From: an uncultured Oscillospiraceae bacterium
GTDB taxonomy: Bacteria; Bacillota; Clostridia; Oscillospirales; Ruminococcaceae
Assembly (NCBI GenBank): GCA_964370195.1
Contig: CAYJIH010000001.1
Location: 92,621 to 156,620, forward strand
DNA: 64,000 nt
Direction of reading: 5' to 3'
Made by a program: the position numbers and the translations under genes
Shown: piece by piece, positions 1 to 9,463 of the stretch
How the letters are laid out: each line of letters begins with the position of its first letter
Position numbering within the stretch: the first letter of the stretch is position 1
Notes under the pieces: generated by a model
What the model saw: the letters and a program-made list of their open reading frames with translations, nothing else
What the model was told of the DNA's origin: nothing
Database searches by the model: none

Positions 1-531
1 ACATACGGTTTGCCTGTAAACTTAACGCGTTGCTCGAACAACTACGGTCCTTTCCAGTTCCCAGAAAAATTGATTCCACTTATGATTCACAATGCTTGCA
101 ATAAAAAGGACTTACCTGTGTATGGCGACGGCCTAAATGTGCGCGATTGGCTGTATGTAGAAGACCACTGCAAGGCCATCGATATGGTGTTGCGCTGCGA
201 TAAAATAGGTGAAGTATACAATGTGGGTGGCCACAATGAACGCACCAACATTCAAATTGTACGTAAAGTGATTGGGCTTGTCAAAGACAAAGTGGATGCC
301 ACCGTAAGCGAAGACCTTATTAAATACGTAACAGATCGCAAAGGCCACGACCGCCGCTATGGCATCGACCCGGAAAAAATTCGCAGGGAGCTTGGTTGGA
401 GCCCGGATACATGCTTTGAAGATGGCATCGAATTGACCATCCAGTGGTATTTAGACAATGGTGAGTGGCTTGACAGTGTAACGAGTGGCTCCTATCGTGA
501 TTATTACAACAAAATGTATAGCAACAGATAA
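1..531 (+). CDS. rfbB: dTDP-glucose 4,6-dehydratase, C-terminal part (5' end outside window)
   Basis: The frame is open from base 1. The translation ...NYGPFQFPEKLIPLMI...DGLNVRDWLYVEDHC...YNVGGHNERTN...GHDRRYGIDPEKI matches the conserved C-terminal half of RmlB-type extended SDRs. Confidence 0.9.
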   Translation, partial: TYGLPVNLTRCSNNYGPFQFPEKLIPLMIHNACNKKDLPVYGDGLNVRDWLYVEDHCKAIDMVLRCDKIGEVYNVGGHNERTNIQIVRKVIGLVKDKVDATVSEDLIKYVTDRKGHDRRYGIDPEKIRRELGWSPDTCFEDGIELTIQWYLDNGEWLDSVTSGSYRDYYNKMYSNR

Positions 532-615
532 AAATACAAAAAGCAATATACAAATTGTAGTGTACACAGAAAAAACTACAAAAACAAATAAGGGTTGCTT
601 AGAAAGGGAACTTTG

Positions 616-1407
616 ATGCGCGTTGTGGTTAAAATTGGAACGTCCACCATCACCCATGAAAGTGGCCAGTTGAATATTCGCCGCATGGAGCTTTTGTGCA
701 AAACTTTGGCAGATTTACAAAATGCAGGGCATGAGATGTTGGTGGTGTCTTCGGCGGCCATTGCCATGGGTGTGGGGAAGCTTCGTTTAAAAGAGCGCCC
801 TACAGACATTCCAAGCCGCCAGGCAGCTGCGGCAGTTGGCCAGTGCGAGCTAATGCATATTTATGATAGGCATTTTGTGCATCATGGCCATGTGGCAGCA
901 CAAATTTTGTTAACGGCAGAGGATATTCATAGCGCAGACAGACGTCGTAACTTAGAGGCCACCTTGTTTCGGCTTTTGGAGTTTGGTGTGATTCCGGTGC
1001 TAAATGAAAACGATAGTGTGGCAACGGCAGAGCTTGAAGGCGGTGTTATTGGAGACAATGACACACTGAGTGCTGAGGTGGCTATTTTGGCAAACGCCGA
1101 CCTTTTGGTGATGCTGACAGATATTGATGGGTTGTATACAGGCGACCCACGAAAAGAAGATGACGCTGCCTTGATTCCGTTGGTGCACACAGTAAGCGAT
1201 TCTTTGATGGAGAGTGCAGGCGGTGGTGGCACGCAATTTTCAACAGGCGGCATGGTAACAAAACTTAAAGCGGCCAGAATGTTAGAAAAAGAAGGCATTG
1301 ATCTTGTTATTACAAACGGCCAAAACCCCGAATGCTTGTATCAAGTGCTGGAAGAAGAGCCGGTTGGCACATATTTTGCCTTTGCAAAAGAGAAGGGTGC
1401 ACAATGA
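616..1407 (+). CDS. proB: glutamate 5-kinase (short form, no PUA domain)
   Basis: MRVVVKIGTSTITHESGQLN...VVSSAAIAMG...NENDSVA...GDNDTLSA are amino-acid-kinase/ProB motifs. I chose the ATG at 616, which follows GAAAGGGAA, over the upstream in-frame codon at 595. Confidence 0.9.
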   Translation: MRVVVKIGTSTITHESGQLNIRRMELLCKTLADLQNAGHEMLVVSSAAIAMGVGKLRLKERPTDIPSRQAAAAVGQCELMHIYDRHFVHHGHVAAQILLTAEDIHSADRRRNLEATLFRLLEFGVIPVLNENDSVATAELEGGVIGDNDTLSAEVAILANADLLVMLTDIDGLYTGDPRKEDDAALIPLVHTVSDSLMESAGGGGTQFSTGGMVTKLKAARMLEKEGIDLVITNGQNPECLYQVLEEEPVGTYFAFAKEKGAQ

Positions 1408-2648
1408 TGGATATGCAAACAATGTTACAAGCAGCTGTGCGTGCAAAGCAGGCATACGCACGTACAGAGGAGTCAATGCGCAGCGATGCACTGGAACGCA
1501 TTGCCAACGCTTTGCTAAGCGCAAAGCAAGATATTTTGCAGGCGAATGCAGAGGACTTAGAAAATGCGCGTGGAAATATTGCCGATGTGATGCTGGACCG
1601 TTTGCGTCTTACCGAAAAACGCATTGAAGAAATGGCAGCCGGTGTGCGCGAGGTGCGCAACTTAAAAAGCCCCTTAGGAATGGTGGAACAGCGTCACCGA
1701 ACAGAAAATGGCATGGATATAGAAAAAGTGCGTGTGCCCATGGGTGTGGTGGCAATTATTTACGAAAGCCGCCCGAACGTAACAACTGATGCAGCGGTGT
1801 TGTGTTTACGTAGTGGCAATGTTTGTATTTTACGCGGTGGCAGTGAAGCCATCCGCACCAATTTGGTGCTTAGCCAACTGATGCGCCGTGCCTTGCAGGA
1901 GGCAGGCTTGCCGCAAGATGCCGTTCAACTTGTGGCAGACACCTCACGCGACAGTGCAAAGGCTCTTATGGAAGCGCGTGGTTATGTGGATTTATTGATT
2001 CCACGTGGCGGAAAAGGGCTGATTAAGGCTGTGGTGGAAGGGGCACGTGGGGTGCCGGTGATAGAAACCGGCTCTGGCATTTGCCATGTATATGTGGACA
2101 AAGAGGCAGACCTTTCTATGGCAGAACAGTTGCTTTTTAATGCCAAAGTGCAAAGGCCAAGTGTTTGTAATTCAGCCGAGGTATGTCTTGTGCATCGTGA
2201 TGTGGCAGATGTGTTTTTGCCAAAGGCGGCAGAACGGCTGCAAAATGCAGGGGTGGAACTTCGGCTTGACAGCCGTGCCCGTGAAATTGTGCAGGGAAAA
2301 CAGGCCACAAAAGAAGACTTTGATACAGAATACAACGATTATATTTTGGCTGTGGCTGTTGTGGATGGCTTAGATGATGCAATAGAACACATCAATGTGC
2401 ATTCCACAGGTCATAGTGATTTGATTGTTACACAAAACAAACAAAGGGCCGCACTTTTTACGAGCCTTGTAGACAGCGCAGCAGTGTATGTGAATGCGTC
2501 CACGCGGTTTACAGATGGCGGGCAGTTTGGCCTTGGTTGCGAAATTGGCATTTCCACACAAAAATTGGGCGCACGCGGGCCAATGGGCTTGTATGAGTTG
2601 ACAAGTTATAAATATGTGATTCAAGGAAGCGGGCAAATTCGCGAATAA
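1404..2648 (+). CDS. proA: glutamate-5-semialdehyde dehydrogenase (gamma-glutamyl phosphate reductase)
   Basis: VRVPMGVVAIIYESRPNVT...ILRGGSEA...VCNSAEV...HSTGHSD...ASTRFTDGGQFG are ProA hallmarks. The ATG at 1404 overlaps the proB stop (ATGA). Confidence 0.92.
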   Translation: MMDMQTMLQAAVRAKQAYARTEESMRSDALERIANALLSAKQDILQANAEDLENARGNIADVMLDRLRLTEKRIEEMAAGVREVRNLKSPLGMVEQRHRTENGMDIEKVRVPMGVVAIIYESRPNVTTDAAVLCLRSGNVCILRGGSEAIRTNLVLSQLMRRALQEAGLPQDAVQLVADTSRDSAKALMEARGYVDLLIPRGGKGLIKAVVEGARGVPVIETGSGICHVYVDKEADLSMAEQLLFNAKVQRPSVCNSAEVCLVHRDVADVFLPKAAERLQNAGVELRLDSRAREIVQGKQATKEDFDTEYNDYILAVAVVDGLDDAIEHINVHSTGHSDLIVTQNKQRAALFTSLVDSAAVYVNASTRFTDGGQFGLGCEIGISTQKLGARGPMGLYELTSYKYVIQGSGQIRE

Positions 2649-2685
2649 CGGCAGAAAGAAAAAAGAACAGCCAGAGAGGAACAGC

Positions 2686-3606
2686 ATGGCGAACGAGAAC
2701 AAACCGATTAAAAAAAGTGAACCGGACAGAGAGGCCATTAGGAGATCAAAAGAGGAAAAAGCACGTCGTTCGCGCAGACGTTTGCGCCAAGCGGTGGGCG
2801 TTGCCATGTCTGTTTTGATGGTTGTGGGTGTTGTAAGCATTGTTCAGTTTGCAATAGAAACCGTGCAAACGAGTAGCGTGGTGGACACCAGCGAAACCGA
2901 ATATTACGAGCAATTGTTGATGCCAATGGTTTGGTTTGACCAACTTCCGTTTGAATCGCTAGAACAGGCAGACCCCAATGCCATTAAACAGGAAATTATT
3001 TGGGGTGTGCTAAATGAACTGGATGAGGCAGTGGAGTACAACGATTTGGGCCAACCACTGGTGCCGGCAGCAGAGATGGATTTATATGCGGCAGAGCTGT
3101 TTGGCACGGAATATAAGCTAGTACACGAATCGTTTGACGACCCAGTGCAGCAGCTTAGTTATGAGTATGATCCGCAGACCAACATGTATGCGGCCACAGC
3201 AACGGGCTTAAATGCACAGTATGTGGGTACAGTGGTGGAGGTAGAGGAACTAAGCGGTGGCATATTGCGCGTAACAATGGGATATGTGAGCAATTTTGGA
3301 AGCAACAATGAGCTGATTACAACACCTGATTTTGATAACCCGTCGAAGTACATGGATTATTTCTTCCGCAGAGACGGCAATGAGTATTATCTATATGCAT
3401 TGCGCCCGAACACACAGTTTGTTCCGGACGAGCCGGCAGAAGAAGAGGTGCAAGAAACACAAGCGCAAGAAGAAATGACGGCAGAGGTGATGCTCACGTC
3501 ATCTATGGTGATAGAGGGCGATAGTGTGGCGCAAGATGAGACGGATACAAGCGTTGTAAGTGACACGAGTATTGTAGAAGACGCATCGAATGCAGACAGC
3601 GAATAG
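2686..3606 (+). CDS. hypothetical membrane-anchored protein (basic N-terminus, one TM helix, acidic C-terminal tail)
   Basis: 306-aa ORF with GAGAGGAACAGC before the ATG. It has a Lys/Arg-rich N-terminus, a hydrophobic segment (VGVAMSVLMVVGVVSIVQFAI) and a D/E/S/T-rich C-terminus. I recognise no family. Confidence 0.6.
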   Translation: MANENKPIKKSEPDREAIRRSKEEKARRSRRRLRQAVGVAMSVLMVVGVVSIVQFAIETVQTSSVVDTSETEYYEQLLMPMVWFDQLPFESLEQADPNAIKQEIIWGVLNELDEAVEYNDLGQPLVPAAEMDLYAAELFGTEYKLVHESFDDPVQQLSYEYDPQTNMYAATATGLNAQYVGTVVEVEELSGGILRVTMGYVSNFGSNNELITTPDFDNPSKYMDYFFRRDGNEYYLYALRPNTQFVPDEPAEEEVQETQAQEEMTAEVMLTSSMVIEGDSVAQDETDTSVVSDTSIVEDASNADSE

Positions 3607-3642
3607 GAATGAATTGCCGGTGTGAATAAGAGGAGAGTGTAA

Positions 3643-4059
3643 ATGCGAAAAGCGTGGCGTTTGGGGACGACGGTTGTTATTGCATATATGGTGTATAACA
3701 ATGTGCAAATGCTTATGCAAATGCCGGTGGAACAATGGGCGCTATCACAATGGTTGATGGTGTTGGTGTCGGTGGGGCTTGTGGCCGCCGGCGGGCTTTT
3801 GCTGTGGCAGTTGTGGCAAGATAGGAAAAAAGATAAAGCGGAAGAGGCACAGCAAACAGCCGAAAAGTGGGAAAAGCTAGAAATGTGTGAACAAAATGAC
3901 ACTGACGAGGACCTGATTGATGTGCCGGACAACAGCAGTATGAGCGATGCAGAGGGACGCGCAATGGAGCGCGAACTGCAAGCGCTTGATGAACTGGATG
4001 AGATCGATAAAAAAGAGAGTATTGCAGATGTATCGGATGAAAAAAGAGAAGATGAATAA
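3643..4059 (+). CDS. hypothetical small membrane protein with acidic tail
   Basis: 138-aa ORF preceded by AGAGGAGAG. It has two hydrophobic segments followed by a D/E-rich tail. A bidirectional terminator follows. Confidence 0.55.
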   Translation: MRKAWRLGTTVVIAYMVYNNVQMLMQMPVEQWALSQWLMVLVSVGLVAAGGLLLWQLWQDRKKDKAEEAQQTAEKWEKLEMCEQNDTDEDLIDVPDNSSMSDAEGRAMERELQALDELDEIDKKESIADVSDEKREDE

Positions 4060-4101
4060 TACCGCTTTTTTATGTTGCCGGTTATAAAATTTTGTTTGAA
4101 T

Positions 4102-4155
4102 AAAAAAAGTCGCTACAGAATTGTATCATGTTTACGATTCTGTAGCGACTTTTTT
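4102..4155. terminator. bidirectional rho-independent terminator
   Basis: A-run 4102-4108, 12-bp perfect stem GTCGCTACAGAA (4109-4120) / TTCTGTAGCGAC (4138-4149), T-run 4150-4155. It sits between convergent genes. Confidence 0.85.
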
Positions 4156-4165
4156 AGCTTACCTA

Positions 4166-4582
4166 TTATTCCCCAATGATTTTTATCAGAACCCTTTTTG
4201 TGCGTTTTCCGTCTAGTTCATAGTAAAAAATTTGTTCCCATGTACCGAAATCCAGCTGGCCGTTTGTAATAGCCACCACACTTTCGCGCCCCATAATCGT
4301 GCGCTTGAGGTGGGCATCTGCGTTGTCTTCGTAACCGTTATGCTGATACTGTTCGTACGGTTTTTCAGGTGCCAGTGCTTCAAGCCAGCGTTCGTAATCG
4401 GCATGCAAACCACTTTCATCATCGTTGATGAAGACACTGGCGGTGATGTTCATTGCGTTGATCAGTGCGAGGCCTTCCCGGACGCCACTTTCTTTTATGG
4501 CTGCTGTCACATCGGGGGTGATGTTTACAAGACAGCGACGGTGTGGAAGCTGGAAATGGAGTTCTTTTCGATAGCTTTTCAT
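4166..4582 (-). CDS. YjbQ/UPF0047 family protein (secondary thiamine-phosphate synthase-type)
   Basis: ...VNITPDV...[29 protein letters not shown]....[33 protein letters not shown] matches the YjbQ pattern. The ATG at 4582 is preceded by GAGGTGA; the in-frame GTG at 4591 is less likely. Confidence 0.8.
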   Translation of the reverse strand: MKSYRKELHFQLPHRRCLVNITPDVTAAIKESGVREGLALINAMNITASVFINDDESGLHADYERWLEALAPEKPYEQYQHNGYEDNADAHLKRTIMGRESVVAITNGQLDFGTWEQIFYYELDGKRTKRVLIKIIGE

Positions 4583-4700
4583 ATAATTCACCTCAAAATT
4601 TTAAAAAAAATGTCAAAAAATAATAAAAAAATTGCGCAAGTTGCATAGGAAACATGAACAATTTGACATGTAATTTGCACAAATTTATCGCGAAAAATTC

Positions 4701-4729
4701 TTTACATTTCACAGTACGTGTGCTATAAT
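4701..4729 (+). promoter_or_regulatory. sigma-A-type promoter of the cold-shock gene
   Basis: TTTACA (4701-4706), 17-nt spacer ending in TGc (extended -10), TATAAT (4724-4729). It would give a 5' UTR of about 130 nt. Confidence 0.65.
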
Positions 4730-4863
4730 CATACCAGTGTTTTGAATGTACGACCCTGATCTCACGCTATGCTGTGTGTCATGAGTTCGTTTCATGAACA
4801 TTGCCAAGTGTGATTTTTTTTCGCAACAGGAGAAATGCTAATCTTATAAGGAGGTATCTTTGC

Positions 4864-5076
4864 ATGAATAAAGGTACTGTTAAATGGTTCAACGAAAGCA
4901 AGGGCTACGGATTCATCTCCAACGATGAAGGCGGAGATGACGTATTTGTGCATTTCTCTAGCATCATGGTTGATGGCTTCAAGACTTTGTCTGAGGGCCA
5001 ACAAGTGGTGTATGATGTGGAGCAGGATCCCAAAAACAGCGAGAAACTGCGTGCCATCAATGTGCAACCCGTCTAA
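4864..5076 (+). CDS. cspA: cold-shock protein (CspA family)
   Basis: [34 protein letters not shown] carries the RNP1/RNP2 motifs. AAGGAGG lies 7 nt upstream of the ATG. Confidence 0.95.
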   Translation: MNKGTVKWFNESKGYGFISNDEGGDDVFVHFSSIMVDGFKTLSEGQQVVYDVEQDPKNSEKLRAINVQPV

Positions 5077-5101
5077 TTTTTAGTTGCGATACTAAATTAG
5101 C

Positions 5102-5126
5102 AAAAACCGCCGCAAGGCGGTTTTTT
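5102..5126. terminator. bidirectional rho-independent terminator
   Basis: AAAAA-CCGCC-gcaa-GGCGG-TTTTTT between the convergent csp and rsmA genes. Confidence 0.8.
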
Positions 5127-5153
5127 GTTTGCAATTTTTAAAAGTGTATGGCA

Positions 5154-6008
5154 TCAATCGAACAAAAGAGCACGCAAAGATAAAAAATTGTCAAGCGTCA
5201 TGGCCTCTGGGCGGATGGTGGGGGAAAGGTTTAATTTGGCCAATGCGTCTGTTACATCTTGTTTTGAAACAGATACATTTTGCGAAAGGGCATTGACCAG
5301 TGTTTTGCGTCGCTGAGAAAACCCGGCCCGAATGAGCGAAAACAATTGTTTTTCTGCTTGGCTATTGGCGCTAAGAGCGGTGTTTTGCCGGATGTCCAGC
5401 TGGATAACAGCACTTGTTACTTTAGGTGGGGGATAGAAACTGCCTGGCTTCACTGTAAAGCAGCGCCGTGGTGTGGCATAGTAATGCACGGCATATGAGA
5501 TAGCACCGGCATCACGGCTGCCAGGGGCGGCGCAGATGCGGTCTGCTGCTTCTTTTTGAACCATTACAGTAAGGCGTGTAAGCGCAAAGCGTTCTTCAAG
5601 CAACTTCATCAAGATGGGGCTAGTGATGTTGTACGGCAAGTTGGCACAAAGCATGGCAGGCCCATCGAATTGCTGCAACAAGGCGGCAATATCCAGCTTT
5701 AAAATGTCTCCTTGCACAACATCAACATTGCGAGCATGAGAAAGTGTTTTTTCCAAAACAGGTAAAAGACGTTTGTCTAACTCTACAGCAATCACACGGT
5801 TTGCACGTGCAGAAAGTTCCTGCGTTAGTGTGCCAATTCCGGGGCCGATTTCCAGCACATTTGTTGTTTCATTTACATCGGCTTCATCACACAGTTTTGG
5901 GCAAACACTGGGGTTAATTAAAAAATTTTGCCCAAACCCTTTGCTGGGCTGAATGTGAAATTCGCTACAAATAGAGCGTATCGTGGAGAGATCGGTTAGT
6001 TTGTTCAC
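5154..6008 (-). CDS. rsmA: 16S rRNA (adenine1518/1519-N6)-dimethyltransferase
   Basis: KGFGQNFLINPSV...VLEIGPGIGTLT...ANLPYNITSPIL are KsgA motifs. The GTG at 6008 is preceded by AAAGGAG at 8-nt spacing. The alternative ATG at 6035 has no SD sequence. Confidence 0.9.
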   Translation of the reverse strand: MNKLTDLSTIRSICSEFHIQPSKGFGQNFLINPSVCPKLCDEADVNETTNVLEIGPGIGTLTQELSARANRVIAVELDKRLLPVLEKTLSHARNVDVVQGDILKLDIAALLQQFDGPAMLCANLPYNITSPILMKLLEERFALTRLTVMVQKEAADRICAAPGSRDAGAISYAVHYYATPRRCFTVKPGSFYPPPKVTSAVIQLDIRQNTALSANSQAEKQLFSLIRAGFSQRRKTLVNALSQNVSVSKQDVTDALAKLNLSPTIRPEAMTLDNFLSLRALLFD

Positions 6009-6231
6009 ACAAAACACTCCTTTAATTGCATTCATGGTGGTTATTACTATTATACTAGAATATCCTTGTTTTGGAAAGAAGAATGAAATTGCTTGCGGTT
6101 TGGGTTAAAAAGCAATGAAAACAGGGTAAAAAAAAAGTGCAAGAAGCCTTGTGAAGCAAGAGGCAAATGGTTGCACTGTTTCATATTGTTTTATTGTGAT
6201 GTACAAACAAAAGAGAATCTACTTCGTGCGG

Positions 6232-6468
6232 TTACACCAAGAAGCTTTTGATTGTTTCTAAAAATTCGTCCGATTCTTTGCAAGGCTCGGTGTCTAAATT
6301 AAGCGTAATGGCGTGTGCCAAATTAAGGCTAAAGATACCCAAAATGCTTTTTCCGTCCACAATAAAGCGGTCGCTCCTCAAATCGACATCAAAGGGCAGC
6401 AGTGCGGTGGCAGATACGAATTTCTTCACATCGTCCAGGTCTTTCAGTTTTACTTTTTTTACTATCAT
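6232..6468 (-). CDS. HPr-like small protein (HPr fold signature without the His15 motif)
   Basis: 78 aa. DGKSILGIFSLNL resembles the HPr Ser46 region (..KSIMG..SL.), but there is no G-[IL]-H-[AT]-R-P motif. AAAGGAG precedes the ATG. Confidence 0.5.
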   Translation of the reverse strand: MIVKKVKLKDLDDVKKFVSATALLPFDVDLRSDRFIVDGKSILGIFSLNLAHAITLNLDTEPCKESDEFLETIKSFLV

Positions 6469-6560
6469 AAAATACTCCTTTCATTTACGCAAAGCAAAAG
6501 GCGTTGCGTTGAAAACTAAATTTGATTGGGGTTTTGCTAAAGAACATTTTCAATACGCGG

Positions 6561-7871
6561 CTAGGCGTCGTCGTTTGCGTCCTCCTCTTCAGGCAAGGCT
6601 TCTTCAAATGAATATAAGCCACTTGTTCCCTCAAAAAGGCGCATAGGATCTACCGTATTTTCAAATAGGCGAACTTCATAGTGCAGGTGAGATCCCGTTG
6701 AATACCCGGTCGAGCCTACTTCTCCAATTTTGTCGCCCATATCCACGGTGTCTCCAAGGGCAACATCTAAGCTGTTTAAGTGGTAAAAAAGGCTTTTTAG
6801 GCCGTTTCCGTGCTCAATCACCACCGTGTTCCCGGTGTTGAGTAATTCGCCTGAAAATATAACGCGTCCTGCGTTGGGGGCCACTACATCGGTGCCTCGT
6901 GAAGCAGCCCAATCGATGCCGGCATGCCGTGAAGGTGTAGAGGAACCGTTTGTATAGCGGTATAAACCATATTCTGTGGTCAACTCACCATCTACCGGTT
7001 GTATAAAATAACCGTTCCAATACCTGTTGGAGTCGGACTGTAGAAACAGGGGTGGGATGGTGTTGTTGTATTCGGTATACGCATCGGCACTGTTTGCCTC
7101 TGTAATTTCGGCATCGCTTGTGTCAATGGTTAATTGTTGTTCTGTAAATTGCGTTTCGGTTATTTGCACAGGCACATCAAATGTGCGTCCACCCACTGTT
7201 ACAGATACGTTGTGGTCTCCTGCAAGTGTGTCGTGGCTGGCAGAAAGGTAGGCCACATATCGTCCTTGCCCATTTTGAGAAAATTGCAAAGGGCTGAAAG
7301 TGCTGCCGCCTTCAGGCACTGTGTTTTCGGGTACATTGTAAAGCTGAAGGGCAAGCACGTCGCCTTGCGCTAGCACTTCGGCGCTACTTTCTAAACGCGT
7401 GTCCACCTGTGTTGAAAAACCGACGAAATACTGAAAGTGGCCATAGCCTTGTCCCTCGGTTTTGTCGCGTTGGCTGTTGACTTCTAGCATATAGTTGCCG
7501 GACTCAAGTAAAATGAATTCAGATGCATTCTCAGCCGAGCCACTCCATAAATCAATGCCATCTTTAGAAATAACAGCGGTGGAAATATAACCGGGTGGTG
7601 TGGTAAGGCTTAAATGTTCGTCGGATACTTCCCCTAAGGTTTGTAAATCATCCTGCACGGGTTTTACAAAGTTTTTGTAAACAATTCCGCCAAAAACCGG
7701 TGTATTCCATTCATATCCTTGTGCGGCAATCTCTTCATCTTGCACAAGAAGAACAGGTTGGGGAACGGTGCTTTCATCCATGCCGGAATAAGTAAGCAGC
7801 ACCAGCCCACCAACAGCTAAGGGAAATACTAAAATAACAATGAGCAGGAATACAAACAGCTTTTTCAACAC
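6561..7871 (-). CDS. M23 family metallopeptidase with N-terminal membrane anchor
   Basis: HAGIDWAA..GTDVVAPNAGRV......GNTVVIEHGNGLKSLFYHL....V..GD.V..G..IG.VGSTG.STGSHLHYEV is the LytM/M23 signature. The N-terminus is hydrophobic (KKLFVFLLIVILVFPLAVGGLVLL). The start is GTG 7871 or TTG 7868, after GGAGGA. Confidence 0.88.
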   Translation of the reverse strand: MLKKLFVFLLIVILVFPLAVGGLVLLTYSGMDESTVPQPVLLVQDEEIAAQGYEWNTPVFGGIVYKNFVKPVQDDLQTLGEVSDEHLSLTTPPGYISTAVISKDGIDLWSGSAENASEFILLESGNYMLEVNSQRDKTEGQGYGHFQYFVGFSTQVDTRLESSAEVLAQGDVLALQLYNVPENTVPEGGSTFSPLQFSQNGQGRYVAYLSASHDTLAGDHNVSVTVGGRTFDVPVQITETQFTEQQLTIDTSDAEITEANSADAYTEYNNTIPPLFLQSDSNRYWNGYFIQPVDGELTTEYGLYRYTNGSSTPSRHAGIDWAASRGTDVVAPNAGRVIFSGELLNTGNTVVIEHGNGLKSLFYHLNSLDVALGDTVDMGDKIGEVGSTGYSTGSHLHYEVRLFENTVDPMRLFEGTSGLYSFEEALPEEEDANDDA

Positions 7872-8077
7872 TTATCCTCCATATCGACTTTAACATGCAA
7901 AAAAAGTTGCCGTTGATAGTATAACATACTTGTTGCACAAGGAAAAGGGGAGAATGCAATTTAACACAAATTTTCTGAATTACTTTTCAAATTTCCTTAA
8001 ATATCATATAATAATAAGCAGAATATAGAAAATTTGGCTCATTCTATTGTATTACTATGTTGAGGAGAGTATCCATT

Positions 8078-9463
8078 ATGCAAACCAGTACCATTTTTAG
8101 CTTGTACAAACAAACGCCGGCAAACGATGCGGCGATCGTTCTTGGTGGTTGGGCAAAAACCGTTCGCAGTTCGAAGAACATAGGTTTTATTGAACTGAAT
8201 GATGGTAGTTTTTTCAAAAGTGTTCAAGTTGTTTTTGAATCAAGTTTGCCAAACTATGATGAAATTAGCAAGGCGGGCGCAGGCACTTCCATGCAAGTAG
8301 AAGGAACACTTGTTTTAACGCCCGAGGCAAAACAGCCGTTTGAAGTACATGCCACAGCGGTTCAGCTGCTGGGCAGTTGCCCGCCGGAGTATCCACTGCA
8401 AAAAAAGCGCCACACACTGGAGTTTTTGCGTACGATGCCGCATTTGCGTGCACGCACCAACACATTTGCGGCGGTGTTTCGCTTGCGCAGTGCAGCAGCG
8501 TTTGCTTTACATAGCTTTTTTAATGAAAATCGCTTTGTGTATATCCATACACCCATCATCACGGCTTCCGATTGTGAAGGGGCGGGCGAAATGTTCCGCG
8601 TTACCACATTGTCGGACACACAGCCTCCTTTAACAGAAGAGGGCGCTGTGGACTATAGCCAAGACTTTTTCAAACGCATGACGAGCCTTACGGTGTCTGG
8701 CCAGCTGGAGGCAGAGGGGATGGCACTGGCTTTTGGGCGTGTGTATACGTTTGGCCCTACGTTCCGTGCCGAAAACAGCAACACACCGCGCCATGCCGCT
8801 GAATTTTGGATGTTGGAGCCGGAAATGGCCTTTACAGACCTTGCCGGAGACATGGATGTAGCCGAAGCGATGATTAAATATGTGGTGCGCTATGTATTAG
8901 AGCACAACAGCGAAGAAATCGAATTTTTCAATAACTTTATGGACAAAGGGCTTTTAACACGTTTGCAAAACTTGCTAGATTCGGAGTTTGAGCGCATCAC
9001 GTACACAAAAGCGGTTGAGATATTGGAAAAACACAACGATAAATTTGAGTATAAAGCACACTGGGGTGCAGATTTGCAAACCGAGCATGAGCGCTTTTTA
9101 ACAGAGCAGGTGTATAAAAAACCTGTGTTTGTAACAGATTATCCAAAGGAAATCAAAAGCTTTTATATGCGTCAAAACGACGATGGAAAAACGGTGGCAG
9201 CTGTGGATATGCTTGTGCCCGGCGTGGGCGAGCTAATTGGCGGAAGCCAGCGTGAAGAACGGCTGGATTTATTAACGGCGCGTATGCAAGAAATAGGCAT
9301 GAGCGTTGAAGAATATAGCTGGTTTTTGGACTTGCGTCGTTTTGGCAGCGTAGAACATGCCGGTTTTGGCCTTGGGTTTGAGCGTTTGATTATGTACCTT
9401 ACGGGCATTGCGAATATCCGCGACACCATTCCGTTCCCACGTACGGCAGGGGGTTATTACTAA
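8078..9463 (+). CDS. asnS: asparagine--tRNA ligase
   Basis: Class IIb aaRS motifs: [41 protein letters not shown]. The ATG at 8078 follows GAGGAGAG. Confidence 0.93.
   Translation: MQTSTIFSLYKQTPANDAAIVLGGWAKTVRSSKNIGFIELNDGSFFKSVQVVFESSLPNYDEISKAGAGTSMQVEGTLVLTPEAKQPFEVHATAVQLLGSCPPEYPLQKKRHTLEFLRTMPHLRARTNTFAAVFRLRSAAAFALHSFFNENRFVYIHTPIITASDCEGAGEMFRVTTLSDTQPPLTEEGAVDYSQDFFKRMTSLTVSGQLEAEGMALAFGRVYTFGPTFRAENSNTPRHAAEFWMLEPEMAFTDLAGDMDVAEAMIKYVVRYVLEHNSEEIEFFNNFMDKGLLTRLQNLLDSEFERITYTKAVEILEKHNDKFEYKAHWGADLQTEHERFLTEQVYKKPVFVTDYPKEIKSFYMRQNDDGKTVAAVDMLVPGVGELIGGSQREERLDLLTARMQEIGMSVEEYSWFLDLRRFGSVEHAGFGLGFERLIMYLTGIANIRDTIPFPRTAGGYY

Noticed and set aside
7960-8077. Possible T-box leaders upstream of asnS (also checked before leuS and proBA).
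   Set aside because: The untranslated regions are far too short (about 50 nt, 18 nt and 85 nt) and lack a specifier hairpin or T-box sequence.
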